From Octopus sinensis (lineage: Eukaryota): a stretch of DNA of 64,000 nt. Under the pieces are notes generated by a model. That model made no database searches. It was not told the origin of the DNA and was given only the letters and a program-made list of their open reading frames with translations. Below are positions 1-12,345 of this stretch, piece after piece (the first letter of the stretch is position 1; each line of letters begins with the position of its first letter). The stretch is from contig NC_043009.1 of assembly GCF_006345805.1 (NCBI RefSeq), forward strand, positions 39,432,001 to 39,496,000. Reading direction: 5' to 3'. Position numbers and translations under genes: made by a program.

Positions 1-367
1 TTTTTTAAGGCAAGCTGTGTTTTCCGCTTTTTGCTTTCTGTGTCTACGAGGATGTATTAAATGTAAGTTGCGAAAATACAGCTCGCCTGGTGTCAGTATC
101 GAAGTAAATGGGCGTGCTTGACTATCCTCATTGTGTGTAGGTATATGTTATAAGGACTAATATATCTAAAAACATCTATAGCCATAGAACTGAACACACG
201 CATTCTCCTTCTGAACAATAGCAATACGTCAGTCACTCGGCAAAGATTGTGTGGATTGGTAGTGTTATAACAATCTTGAAAAAGGATGATTTTACTGCAC
301 CCAAATGATACCAAGGTGGTCTCTGACAGAAACAGAACAGAGAGCAGTGCATTCTTACGTATTAGTG

Positions 368-369
<2 letters not shown>

Positions 370-430
<61 letters not shown>

Positions 431-455
431 GTGTTTGTGTTTGTGTGTGTGTGTG
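370..455. repeat. (CT)n followed by (GT)n microsatellite
   Basis: Direct reading; it explains the ERER/SLSL ORFs at 93-568. Confidence 0.95.
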
Positions 456-1117
456 ATGGAACCTGGATTGATAATGAATATGATCTCTGTTACTGTCTGG
501 CAAAGCGGAGATGGCTTTTTAACCCCCAACTGATGATATGAAGCTTTTTTTTTTTTTACCCCAACCATTATATAAATGTCTGTTCTCAGTTAAATGCAAT
601 GCAGAATAATGTGGATTAGCATTGTGTACAAACATGTATCTCTTCCGACCACCTTAACTGCGTTCGATCGACAATATTTAATTCAAGATTGATTGATATA
701 TTTTCTATCAGTAGCCGATAACATTTTGATTACCATGCTTTGACTCTTATACTCTTGTGTGGTTAAGAAAACCAGTTTTCTAGTTGAAGATCTGAAGGGA
801 TTTTTATACCTATGGTGTTTCTATTCCGTGTATCTTATTCCAGTTTTGCGTATTTAGTGCTTATCTCTTCAAAATGCTTCGGGCATTAAATAAATTGGAG
901 CTCATTAATGCTCTATCAAATGTAATTATTTCTCATCTATCCGCATGAATATTACTATTACCAATTAACAGAGCAGATTTAAGGCAGTTTCTCTACTTTA
1001 ACTCCGTTTGAAATGTGAGGGGAAGGAGATAAAAGTAATGGAACACCATACAAATCCATACAAAATCGCGAATATTTATAAAATCTAAAACACTTGCACG
1101 TACACATATATGCATAA

Positions 1118-1119
<2 letters not shown>

Positions 1120-1174
<55 letters not shown>
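1120..1174. repeat. (CA)n microsatellite
   Basis: Direct reading. Confidence 0.95.
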
Positions 1175-1176
<2 letters not shown>

Positions 1177-1479
1177 TACAAGTACATAGAAACGAAAAAT
1201 AGTTAGGAGACATTAATTGCTGCTACTATAAGGCTGAATCTGGAGGAAAAAAAATTGTAGGTGGAATCCGTAGTGGAGTAAGAGAAAAGATACATTCTTT
1301 AATACTTGTTTGGATGGAAGAGTTTAAAATAGAAATAGAAATGAGATTAAGTTTACTTATCCGTGAGTATTTAATTGTGATATATGGTAATTCCTTGAGC
1401 AGTAAAATGAGGAGGGATTGGTCTCGTAAATTGAAACTCTAGTTATAGGTTTGTAGCTTGCTTGAATGTTAACGCGAAT

Positions 1480-2200
1480 GTCAATATGGGTTCATACAGA
1501 AGCTTTCATCCGAATAGCCCCTGATTTCTGTTAGTTATAGAGAAATGTAGGTGACGAGGGTTTGTCTTTGCGGTTTGATATGAGAGTGTTGCTGATGATG
1601 AAGGGGCCAATGCAAAATACAGAATAGTGACTTTTAAAGAAAATGCGGTATTAATCATAAAATGCGGATGAGATCGAGTAATCGGGAGGTCATGTACGGT
1701 TTTGTTTCACTTAAAAGATAGTAGAGGGAGATTTGGAAAGACAGAAGCAGTTAGAGTTTGAAGGAAAAGAATGTGAAAGTACAAATTTGTTCACCGCGCC
1801 AGGTGAACTGATTATTCAGGATGATAATTACAGCTTGTGGTAGAAAAGAGGCTGGCTAGTTAACTGATGGGGTTTCATGCATTTAATATCCCTTGCAATG
1901 TGAAAGTAGCTTTCACATTCAGAACTGAAGAGTATAGGTGGCGAGAATCGATTGAGAAGTTTATGTGATATACGAGTGATGTTCCGGTAGACGTTGCTGC
2001 GGTCATTGAGCATGCTATAGGTAGTGGGACGCATGAGATGTCGGGGATATTATGTGAGAACAAGACGAATATCTCATGAGAAAAGAGTTGGGGAAATATA
2101 GAGAAAGGTTGGTTATCGGTGATTTTGATCTGTGATTTCATGCAGACGTGAATGTTTCTTCACTTGTACATTAGAGAGTGTGGCTTCTGTAATTGATGAA
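1480..2200 (-). mobile_element. Possible very old CR1/Jockey-like LINE 3' remnant
   Basis: Minus-strand peptides PLFYHKL and TRSHPHF loosely resemble CR1-group ORF2 C-terminal motifs; many stops; weak. Confidence 0.25.
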
Positions 2201-2946
2201 ATGGCGGCTGAAATATTTGGTTCACAGAGAGTAATGTTTTAGTATTCTGACATTATTATAAATTTTTATTGCTATCATTTTTTGTTATTGGCTTTGTTTT
2301 GTTGCTACAGTAATACATTTTACTTCAAACGAGATTAAAAAGCAAAGGAAACTGTTAAATCAAACATATGATTGAAAGTACATCATAAAAGTTGCTGTTA
2401 TAATGCATCTGTTTAAGATGAAACTGATGGCTGAGTTCAAAGGCATTTTTAGAAAGATATATAGGTTTGAAGTTTTAAGACAGCCATGTTGCAATTTCAA
2501 ATAATTTCAGCTCAAATATGAATACAGATTTTTAAAATGTAGTTGTATTTGAAAAATAAATACAAAACGTTTTTAATCATTATAAAATATGTGGGAAATA
2601 TGAAGAAAAAATAGGAAATCGTAGGCGAAATAGAAATTGAACTCTAGTAGAGAGTGAAAAAGCCATAAAAGTGATAAACTATAATGCAATAATGAGAACA
2701 AAGAGACATGTAGTTACTGTTTTATTCATGTGTATGGAAAGTTCTTTATTTTTAATGTCAACACACAATAAAACCACACATTTAAAGAGTTTTCGGTCCT
2801 AAGAAGGTCTGAATTTATAGATATTTTGATCGTTAGTTCGGAGAGGAATCTATTAACGGTCCAGTTGATATTTCAAAAAAAAAAAAAAAAAAAATCAATA
2901 TTGAATATTTTTAATGTCGTTAAACCGTATATTGGCCTCTTTGCAG

Positions 2947-3075
2947 ATCTACCCTAATTATCGGTCACTATGGTTACAAAATGCATTTCAAGGGTACTCT
3001 GTGATGCATCCTCAGAGATGCTCCAAGAGTCGTAGAGGGTTTACACCACTTTTAATATCAGAGCCCGTTGCCCAG
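2947..3075 (+). CDS. Candidate isolated internal exon, product unknown
   Basis: Acceptor ggcctctttgcag and donor CAG/gtaatt; 129 bp, open only in phase 0 (IYPNYRSLWLQNAFQGYSVMHPQRCSKSRRGFTPLLISEPVAQ). No homology recognised and no partner exons found. Confidence 0.25.
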
Positions 3076-4109
3076 GTAATTCGGAATGGATCCGATCTTA
3101 TATTTCCATAGGTTTACTTTAGTGCGCGTTTTACTATCAATTACACATTTATCTGAAAATGCAAATAGATATATTTCATGATAACACACTCAAAGCCCTT
3201 AGCCCGATTAATTTGGGGTGGGGGTGGATGATGCATGACTGTAGATTTACTTTAGTGCAACACTCAGAATCTTACCTGCATGTTGATCTGAGAATTCAAT
3301 TACATATCTTATGATATACATTCCTAGTCCCTTTGACTCGAGGGCGGAGGATGTATTGCCGTAGATTTACATTAATAGTCATTTCATAATGGTATTTACT
3401 TATTGATTTTATAATACTATTACATTTGACATTATAGTACACATAGACAAACTGCGGTTATTACTGTCGGCGGGAAGATGAAGGTGGATGAAACATCAGA
3501 TCAGCGTTCCAACAAAATTCCTATAACCAATTCAACTATACACAGGAAGGAAACTATATTTCATGAAGTGACGATATCGAAAATAAATATTCCGGAAACC
3601 AAATATTGTTTACATATCACAAAGGTTTATAGATTTTTCATGATTATTTAACATAGCTTGAATCTGCACTCCTTGCGCACCTCTAAGTTAGCTCCTGCGG
3701 AGGGCTAATTGGATCTATGATCCAAGACTAGGGACAGCTAAATAGCATGACTATATGCCCCGTTGGTGTTTGATCAGAGATTAAGGACGGATGAGAATTG
3801 ATTCTGTAATGCAATTATTTTATAGCTCCAGTCCCAATTTGAATTCCAACTGTTGGCCAATTTGTCTCCACGTTCTTATTTCGACGTACAATAAACGAAG
3901 CGAATGTCATTTATCTCCCCCTTGATCTCTGACGTCACTTCACAAACGCCAACCAAGTTGACGTGAATCAGCCAACTTTACTTGCTAGAGATAGCAACTC
4001 AAATGCTTCTAAATCAGATCTCAATGTTGAATGTTCATGAAGCATATGAAGGGCAGATTTTCAATCCCGGAATCATCCTGATTCCAAAAAGGTATAACAT
4101 GTTTATGTA

Positions 4110-4508
4110 GGCGCAGGAGTTGTTGTATGGTAAGTAGCTTACTTACCAACCACATGGTTCTGGGTTCAGTCCCACTGCGTTGCACCTTGGGCAAGTATCT
4201 TCTACTAGAGCCTTGGTCCGACCAAAGCCTTGTGAGTGGATTTGGTAGACGGAAATTGAAAGAAGCCCGTCGTATATATGTATATGTGTATATATATATA
4301 TATGTGTGTGTGTTTGTCTTTGTCCCCCCAACATCGCTTGACAACCAATGCTGGTGTGTTTACGTCCCCGTTTCGACAAAAGAGATCGATAAAATAAGTA
4401 CTAGGCTTACAAAGAATAAATCCTGGAGTCGATTTGCTCGACTAAAGGCGGTGCTCCAGCATAGCCGCAGCCAAATGACTTAAACAAGTAAAAGAGAAAA
4501 AAGAGAGA
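4110..4508 (+). mobile_element. SINE family A, full length (tRNA-like head, internal TA/TG microsatellite, AAAAGAG tail)
   Basis: Head ggcgcaggag...tggtaag...gggttcagtccc; body ccttgggcaagt...gaaagaagcccgtcg; 3' half ending cagc...aaatgact..aacaagtaaaagag. Homologous to at least 9 other copies in the window. Confidence 0.92.
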
Positions 4509-5262
4509 GGAAATGTAGGGGTCCCAAACGGACAGGCAAAATTTCGCTTTTATTGTTATAGATTAAAAGTGTTTAGCAAAATATTGAATAATGCCTATGG
4601 CTTTCATAGTCCCTGTGACGAAGGTGACATAGATCTGGTAGCATAATCAGACGGAGTTGGCTTAAAAATGAATGGAGTTCCGACTAGTTAGTATAAGGAA
4701 GTATTACAAAATTCTGTGGAGATAGTATACCGTTTAGTCAGAATACGCTGGTTATGCAAGGCATCATAAAATATGATCGCATCACAGACAGAAAAAATAG
4801 TGAACGGAAATGTGTTAAAATTTTGGCGAGAGATTCAACTGAAAGTTTGAACAAAAACATACAACACAAGCGGTAACCAGTTTCTTAAACGCACATACAT
4901 AATCACAAGTAAAATTTAGTGTCCAACTAACAAACACTATATTGTTATTAAAATCACTACCTAAACAAAATACTTTTGTTATATTGATAAACGTTTTGAA
5001 CTAGTGCAGCAAAGTCTTCGAAAAATTTTAACACCGTATGTTGGTTTAGCTCTTACTATTGCCACAAGAATGAAAGCATATTTTTAATATTGTTGTGAAA
5101 TGTACTTTTTTGTGGGAAACATCAACCATTATCTAATAAAACTATCAAGGTAAACATGAGTTAGTATTTCTTCTATAAATAAAATAGTTTTGAGGAACTA
5201 ATGCAAGAGTGATGATAAAATCAGGTACACTTACACATAATATTATGTTACACCTAAATATA

Positions 5263-5314
<52 letters not shown>

Positions 5315-5321
5315 TAATGCA

Positions 5322-5728
5322 TATACTAATGTATATGCTTTGTATATTTTCCGGTGGCTGTATGGCGTAGTAGTGGAGTTTATAACTCTCATTTCGCCGG
5401 TGTTATAACACGTTAGAGCCATGGACAGGCGAGATAACTCACCCTCAATCCCTTTTGGGAGTAATAGACTTCGATGTTTCGCTATTTTTAGCTTATCAAT
5501 ACCACAAGCGATGAGCATATAAGTCGTTGAACTGGCCAGCTGACTCGCCTTCAACCCAAGGGGGGAGCCACAACAATTGCGAAATATCGATGTCCAAATG
5601 ACATTGAGGGTGCGTTATCTCGCCTATCCATGGCTCAAGGGTGTTTCAGCACCAGCGAAATGAGAGTTATATACTCCGCCACGCCATTGCAGCCACCGGA
5701 AAATACAGAAAACACATACATTAGTATA
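5322..5728. mobile_element. Foldback/MITE with long terminal inverted repeats
   Basis: The left arm tatactaatgtat...ttttccggtggctg...gataactcaccctcaat is the reverse complement of attgagggtgcgttatc...cagccaccggaaaata...cattagtata; it sits next to a (TA)n tract. Confidence 0.85.
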
Positions 5729-5809
5729 TGTATTTAACAATATTGATCATACTTGAGATACCTTTCCCTCATATGTATGCAATTTCCGGGTATGCCCAGC
5801 TCATGATTT

Positions 5810-6045
5810 TACAAGCCATGAGCATATAACTTGTTGAACTGGCCAGCTGATTCGCCTTCTACCCAGGCAGTGTTGATAAGCCACAAAAATAGCGAAACAA
5901 CGATGTCCATCACTCCCAAATAGGATTGATGGTGAGTTATCACGCCTGTCCATGACTCTAAGGTGTTTTAATACCGGCAAAATGAGAGCTATATAATCTG
6001 CTCCGCCATTGCAGCCACCGGAAAATACACAAAACATATACATTG
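5810..6045. mobile_element. Second partial copy (centre plus right arm) of the same foldback element
   Basis: Direct repeat of about 5510-5728 (gagcatataa..gttgaactggccagctga; gccattgcagccaccggaaaatac) and inverted to about 5330-5505. Confidence 0.85.
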
Positions 6046-6059
6046 TAAACATTTGTAGA

Positions 6060-6365
6060 AAAGAATAAAATGTTTGCTAATGCCTTATAAATACAACGAA
6101 TAGTTTTATTCATCAAGGCATGCACCCATATTACCAATACACTTTTGCCATTTCAGCGGTAGCTTGTCCACCCCGGAACTGTAAAAGCCTGGCAATCTAG
6201 AGTCAATAAAATCTTGGAAGGCCTGTTTTACAGCATCGAAGAAATTAAGTCTTTTTCCTACCCAAAAATCCAAACTCTGGAAGAAGAAGAAGAAGAAGTG
6301 GTAGTCAATGGGGGCAAGATCAGTTGAGTATGGTGGATAATGGAGAACACACAATGAACTCACTG
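6060..6365 (-). mobile_element. Mariner transposase 3' fragment
   Basis: ORF 6106-6363: HYPPYSTDLAPIDYHFF...AVKQAFQDFIDSR...KLPLKWQKCIGNMG, matching the YSPDLAPxDY / WQKC motifs of mariner DD34D transposases. Confidence 0.92.
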
Positions 6366-7324
6366 TAAGTCGATAGTTTGAGAAGTTTCGGTCTAGTGAC
6401 TTTGCTGTTAAAAATCAGCTCCGTGGTAGATTTGAGACCAAGGTGGATAATGATGAGGTGGAAAATGTAGTGGGAGCGGATACATCTCAAACTATGCACG
6501 AGTTAGCAGCAAGGTTTGATATTTCGATTCCAACTGTATTAGACCATCTGAAACAGATCGGCCAGGTAAAGAAGCTGGACGAGTGGATACCACACAAACT
6601 GAACGAACATCAAATGACATTTTGTCTTGAACTTTGCTGTTCTTTGCTGTCACTGCATAAAAGTAAACCATTTTTACATCGTATTGCAACATGTGATGAA
6701 AACTGGATTATTTTCAAAAATAGCGCGGTTGGATAGAGACGAAGTGGCAAAAGACAATCCAATAAAGAATATTCATCATAAAAAGCTAATGATGTCTGGT
6801 AGGCAGTCCAGCGTTGGGGGTATCCACTATAGCTTCATGAGACCTGGTAAGTCAATTACAGCGGATGTATACATCAACCAACTGGATGAAATGATGAATG
6901 AACTTGCAATTAAACAACCTATCTCGGTTGTTGCATTCTATTGCAAGACAATGTTCGACCACATGTTGTGCAAAGAAGGCTGTCAAAGTTATAGCAACTG
7001 AACTTGGAAGTACTCTGTCATCCATTCTATTCACCAGACCTTGCATCATTTGAATATCACAATTTCCAGGCATTAGGCAACATTTATGCAAGGAAAAAAC
7101 TTCAAATCTGAAGAATATGCAAAAACAGCGTTTCGTGATTTCATCACCTCTTACTCTCCAGAATTGTTTGCTACCGGCATAAATATGCTACAGGTAAAAT
7201 GGCAAAATTGTGTTGATAATTTAGGTGCATACTTTAATTAACTGCATTGCCTTTTTTTGATGAGATAAAATAAAATGAACTTTCATTTCAAAATTGGACA
7301 TTTCATTTCCTAATGATCTGATAT
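6366..7324 (+). mobile_element. Degenerate mariner element, 5'-truncated, with frameshifted transposase
   Basis: WIPHKL (WVPHEL), IATCDENW (TxDEKW), QDNVRPH and FYSPDLA motifs across frameshifts; probable 3' TIR ending at TA near 7324. Confidence 0.93.
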
Positions 7325-7869
7325 ACGTCTGTATATGAAATTAATGTAAGAAAAAGGGAACAGAAATTACGGAATCAGGTTTATTACCTTACGCCTGTTT
7401 CTGCTATAAGAAGCTGGGTCCTCATACCTAAGTATGTGCGCATCGCCTTATATTGTCTACGGAATCTTTAAAAGGGAGTCTATTTTTATTTGTTTAAACA
7501 TTGAGATTAGAGTTACATATGTATACGATACATACGATACAGTTACGTATGTATATACATGCATATATATTTGTAGAATTTACCAATCTCAGTTGATTAT
7601 TTGTTTAGAAATGCTATTCTTCGTTACCTTGAACTCAAAATAATACTACAGCCACAATAAACCTTCGATGCAGCAAAGATTAAATCTTGATTATGCAAAA
7701 ATAAATAAATAAAAATAACACACAATCGATGTATTTGATAAATTTAGTGATTTTTCACGATCTTTATTCAATACTTCCTCTCTGATCAAACTTGACACAA
7801 TATGGCTGAAAGCAATTTGTGCTTATTATTGGTTTAGGATACTTCAAATCAATAATTCAAAATCATGTG

Positions 7870-7992
7870 TATATATGTGCACGCACATACCTAAATATAT
7901 GTGCGTGTGTGTGCGTGTATGCGTGAGTGTGCGGATATATGTATATACATATATATATATACATATGTGTACACTCACATATATGTGCATAA

Positions 7993-8027
<35 letters not shown>

Positions 8028-8054
8028 CATATATGTATGTACGTACCTATGTAT

Positions 8055-8114
<60 letters not shown>

Positions 8115-8143
8115 ATCTATCTATCTATCTATCTATCTATCGA

Positions 8144-8199
<56 letters not shown>

Positions 8200-8215
8200 T
8201 ACATGCGCATACGTA
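7870..8215. repeat. Compound microsatellite (TG/TA/TCTA)
   Basis: Direct reading. Confidence 0.95.
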
Positions 8216-8845
8216 TCTGTATATTATTTTCAGAATGCACCTCGTCATCACGTTCATAGTTTACAAAGCATAGTTTTATATCCTCTCCAACATTAAAGAC
8301 AAAGTATTATCGTTTATCACTTGCCGCCTACTGCTGCCGGCAAAACAGAACTGTTTCTAAAAAGTGATCTATATTTATTATTTACTTAGATGAAACTTAT
8401 TATATAGTTGATGAGATTAATACGTTTAATGGGCTTTCGGCAATGATGAGACAGGAAGATGCTCTTGTAATATGCAGCTTTGGAATGGAAGAATTAGAAG
8501 TATGTAAAGTAATATTTGCTATAATAACATTGGCATATACATGCATAAATATATATACACACTTGTGTATAAGTAGTAATCCTACAAAACTAACATTATT
8601 CATTTCATCTTCGAAATGGTTTTCGTTTCAGCATTTAGAAGCATATTTACTGTTAAGCAGAAAAACTGCGCTAGATTATTTAGCAAGAACAAGCATGAAA
8701 CAATAACAGCAGGGGAATTGCGTGTTTGTATATGTATATACATGCGTACATACATGCGTAAATAAAAAGCCAACACTTCCTTTTGTCGGCTCATTGCCTG
8801 ACAAGCGGTACAATGTCCACATATTTCTTTCTTACTTTCCTTCTT

Positions 8846-8879
<34 letters not shown>

Positions 8880-8944
8880 TTCACTCTCTCTTTTTCTCTC
8901 ACTGTTCTTGTAGCTCATCCGACGAAAAAGTAGTTTCTTTCATC

Positions 8945-9310
8945 TTTAATCTTTTTTTCTTGTTTTAGTGATGTGACTGCAGTCATGCTGGGGCACCGCC
9001 ATGAAAGTTTTTACTCGAACAAATCGACACCAGGACTTATTCCTTGTAAATCTAGTACTTGTACTCTCGTTCTCTTGGCCAAATGGTTAAATTACGGGAA
9101 CGTAAACACACCAGTTATCCAGCGGTGGTGGGGAACAAGCATAGAAACAAAGACACACACACACATACACACATAAGACAGGCTTCTTTCAGTTTCCGTC
9201 GAACAAATCCACTCACAAGGCTTTGGTCGGCCCGAGGCTAAAGTAGAAGACACTTGCCCAATATGCCACTCAGTGGGACTGAACCCGGAACCATGTGCTC
9301 GGAATAAAAA
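8945..9310 (-). mobile_element. SINE family A, degenerate
   Basis: Reverse complement of the family A body (ggcttctttcagtttccgtc...aatccactcacaaggctttggtcggcccgagg). Confidence 0.88.
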
Positions 9311-9543
9311 TTCTGAGTGTGCTCTACTTCTATATTTTCTAAGAACGTTTTCTTCATATTTTTGCATTGTTCCCTCTAGCTTATTTAAAACCGTAAAAGT
9401 TTCTTAATGGTTGATATTTTTAGATTTCCACAGCCTCATAGGTGATGATGTCTCTTTATATTAGGGAGTGTCAATGTGATGAATAAAGTTATTCTAATTT
9501 TATTCTTTAGTAAACGAGACAGATCTTCAGAATATTCGAAAGT

Positions 9544-9575
<32 letters not shown>

Positions 9576-10374
9576 ATATATAAACAACTGATTACATCGG
9601 GTTAAGTTTCAGGAATTTGTGTGATACATTATCAGAAATATATACTTTTTATCTATTATGCAAAAACTTTATACATTACCCGAGAAGAGTTAAAGTGAAT
9701 TTTAAAAACTTATATCCCCAACAATGATCATGTTATTTAAATCATACCGAAAATGGAATTGTTCTGAGTCAATTATCTGATATAAATTCGATAGCCAATT
9801 GCTAGTTAGTATTGTTGCTGTGAAGTAAATGTAGGTTTTGAAAAATGGAATTAGCTCGTGTTTCAATCTTGACAACCGAGGTATTTTTTTAATGACATGT
9901 ACTTCAATCTCATACGGCCTAATTAACATTAGTTAATGACTTGTAAGCCATTTACGTTTTTTTCTGTAATTAAAATTTAATTCACAGACATTTTTCCAAT
10001 TTCGAATAAGTTGTTCAATATGGAATAAGTGCAATTCTCTCTCTTTCTCTCTTGTTAGCAGATCGATCTCGGAGGAATAATCCTAGAGCCGAAATTTTAA
10101 GTAGAAGACAATATAAATTAATAATTAAAGAACACTTATATTTTTGAATAGCGCAAAAGAAGAGGAATAGGATGCAATGTAACATCTTATTGCACGCCTA
10201 AAACAATGTGACGCTGGCTGGGTATTGATTTTTCAAATGCTAAAACTAGAAATTTCATGTTTAATAAGAAATAGCTCGTAAATATATATATATTTTTTTC
10301 TCTCAGTAATGATCTCATGTTAACTTCATAAGTTCGCAACATATATTTGAGTGAAAAAGAAAATTATATATCTA

Positions 10375-10570
<196 letters not shown>

Positions 10571-11861
10571 AACCCTTTTGTCAGCAACTACATGCATGTA
10601 CGAATCTAAAATAATTCTTAATGATATAAAAGATAATTATTACAGATAGATATATTGTAATTCCTATAACACATCCAGAAAGAAATTTCCTATTATGATT
10701 TAGCTTTGAGTTGTAAAAATATCTAAAAGCCCGCTAATTAATGAAAATCAAATTATTCTTTCCGATGGGGAAATTGTGTTTTAGCATAGCAGATTTGAAC
10801 ATTTTACATGTGTCAACGAACACTGCTATAACCATTCTTTGTAACAACTTTCCAACTCACTGATTCTTCGCTAAACTTATTTTACATGATTACCATAATT
10901 ATATATGCTTTCGTTTTCATGAATAATTTATTAGCTACTACATAGAATGATTTACAATGATTTACAATGATCATTGTATGATTATTGCAAAATCAAAATC
11001 ATCCTTTTTAACTCTCTCTCTCTCTCTCTGTATTTTGCCTTATTTATAATTTCGGAAAATCTTTTTTCCCCAATTGTTTTCCATCTTCTCATAGGCAATT
11101 GTTCCCGGATATCTCTGCTATACATAACCCTTATTTCATCTCAATATTTGTCTTTGGTATAACAGAAAACTACATAAAGACATTAGAACTGTGATTAAGA
11201 TAGACACAGACGTTAACGTTACTTTTCCTTTTAATTCACGATGATGTGAGAGCATAGAAGAATAGGTGTGCGAAGAAACACACATTTTCATCTGATCATA
11301 ATTTCTCTACAAGAATAGTCGATATAAATATTGGTTGTTTCGTTGGTTCATATCTCCATTTAAGTTTCTCTTCATATAGAGAGATGGGTAAAAAGGTAAA
11401 AGAAATAAAGCGATTTAACGTGTTTCCGGATGATTGCTTATTTTAATCTTGAGAGTACAAAATGATTAAAAGAACACCTCACACACACACAGACACACAC
11501 AGACACACACACACACACACACACAACACACACACACACACACGCAAACCAATACAAACATAGATATGCAGTAAAGGGGACAGGATCATACAGTCAGAAG
11601 AGGAAGACAAGAGGGAGTAAACGACAGAATATTTATAGTGGGGAGTATACAAATAGAAAAAAAACTTGTTTCCTGTTGATAAAATGCAACAGTGATTAGC
11701 ATATTCCCGTTCAAGACCACCGGAACATATTTAGAGTGAATATGTGCATCATTGTTTTATAACATTTAATTTTACTTGAAGGTGATAAATAATTTTCTTC
11801 TTTGAAACTTAGTATTATTTAATCATTTTGTATAAGAACCAAGACCTTCATAAAAATTACT

Positions 11862-12030
11862 TGTATGGTAAGAAGCTTGCCTCACAACCACATGGTTGCG
11901 GGTTCAGTCACACTACGTGGCACCTTGGGCACCTTCTGCTATGGTCAAGGGCCGACCAAAACCTTACGAGTGGATTTGGTAGACGAAAACTGAATGAAGT
12001 CCGTCCTATGTATATACATATATATATATA
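11862..12030 (+). mobile_element. SINE family A, 5' half ending in the internal (TA)n
   Basis: tggtaagaagcttg...gggttcagtc...gagtggatttggtagacg...gtccgtcctatgtata. Confidence 0.85.
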
Positions 12031-12108
12031 TGCGTTTCAAAATGTAAACACATGTGAATAGTTGGCGATTTTATTCCTCCGAATTTCCTTTCTGTTAGAC
12101 TTTCCTCT

Positions 12109-12143
12109 GTTTCCGAAGAAGAGCTCTGCTCGAAACGTGAAAC
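12109..12143 (+). ncRNA. Minimal type I hammerhead-ribozyme-like motif (Penelope pLTR type), non-canonical
   Basis: GUUU-CCGAAGA-A-GAGC-ucu-GCUC-GAAAC-GUG-AAAC: stem I GUUU/AAAC, stem II GAGC/GCUC, palindromic ACGU in place of stem III. It deviates at U4 (C) and at the cleavage nucleotide (G). Confidence 0.55.
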
Positions 12144-12179
12144 CATCTTTCTTTGCTTCACTTCCTGAAATATTTGGGG

Positions 12180-12345
12180 CCAGTCGATTAGATGGACACC
12201 AGTATACAACTGGTACATAATATATCGACCCCGAAAGGATGAAATGCAAAGTCGCCTCGGCGGAATTTGAACTCAGAACGTAAAGACAGACGAAATACGG
12301 CTAAGCATTTTGCCCGGCATGCTAACGTCTCTGCCAGCTCGCCGC
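12180..12345 (-). mobile_element. SINE family B
   Basis: Reverse complement of gcggcgagctggcagagacgttagc...gttctgagttcaaattccgccgaggcgactttgcatttcatcctttcggggtcgat. Confidence 0.9.

Noticed and set aside
93-345. Possible minus-strand terminal exon after ctctctgttctgtttctgtcag
   Set aside because: The peptide is unrecognisable and there is no supporting evidence.
1898-1920. 10-bp inverted repeat aatgtgaaag-tag-ctttcacatt
   Set aside because: Short, isolated and without context.
3930-3937. CRE palindrome TGACGTCA in a mildly CpG-rich patch
   Set aside because: A single 8-mer is expected by chance in 64 kb, and there is no linked gene.
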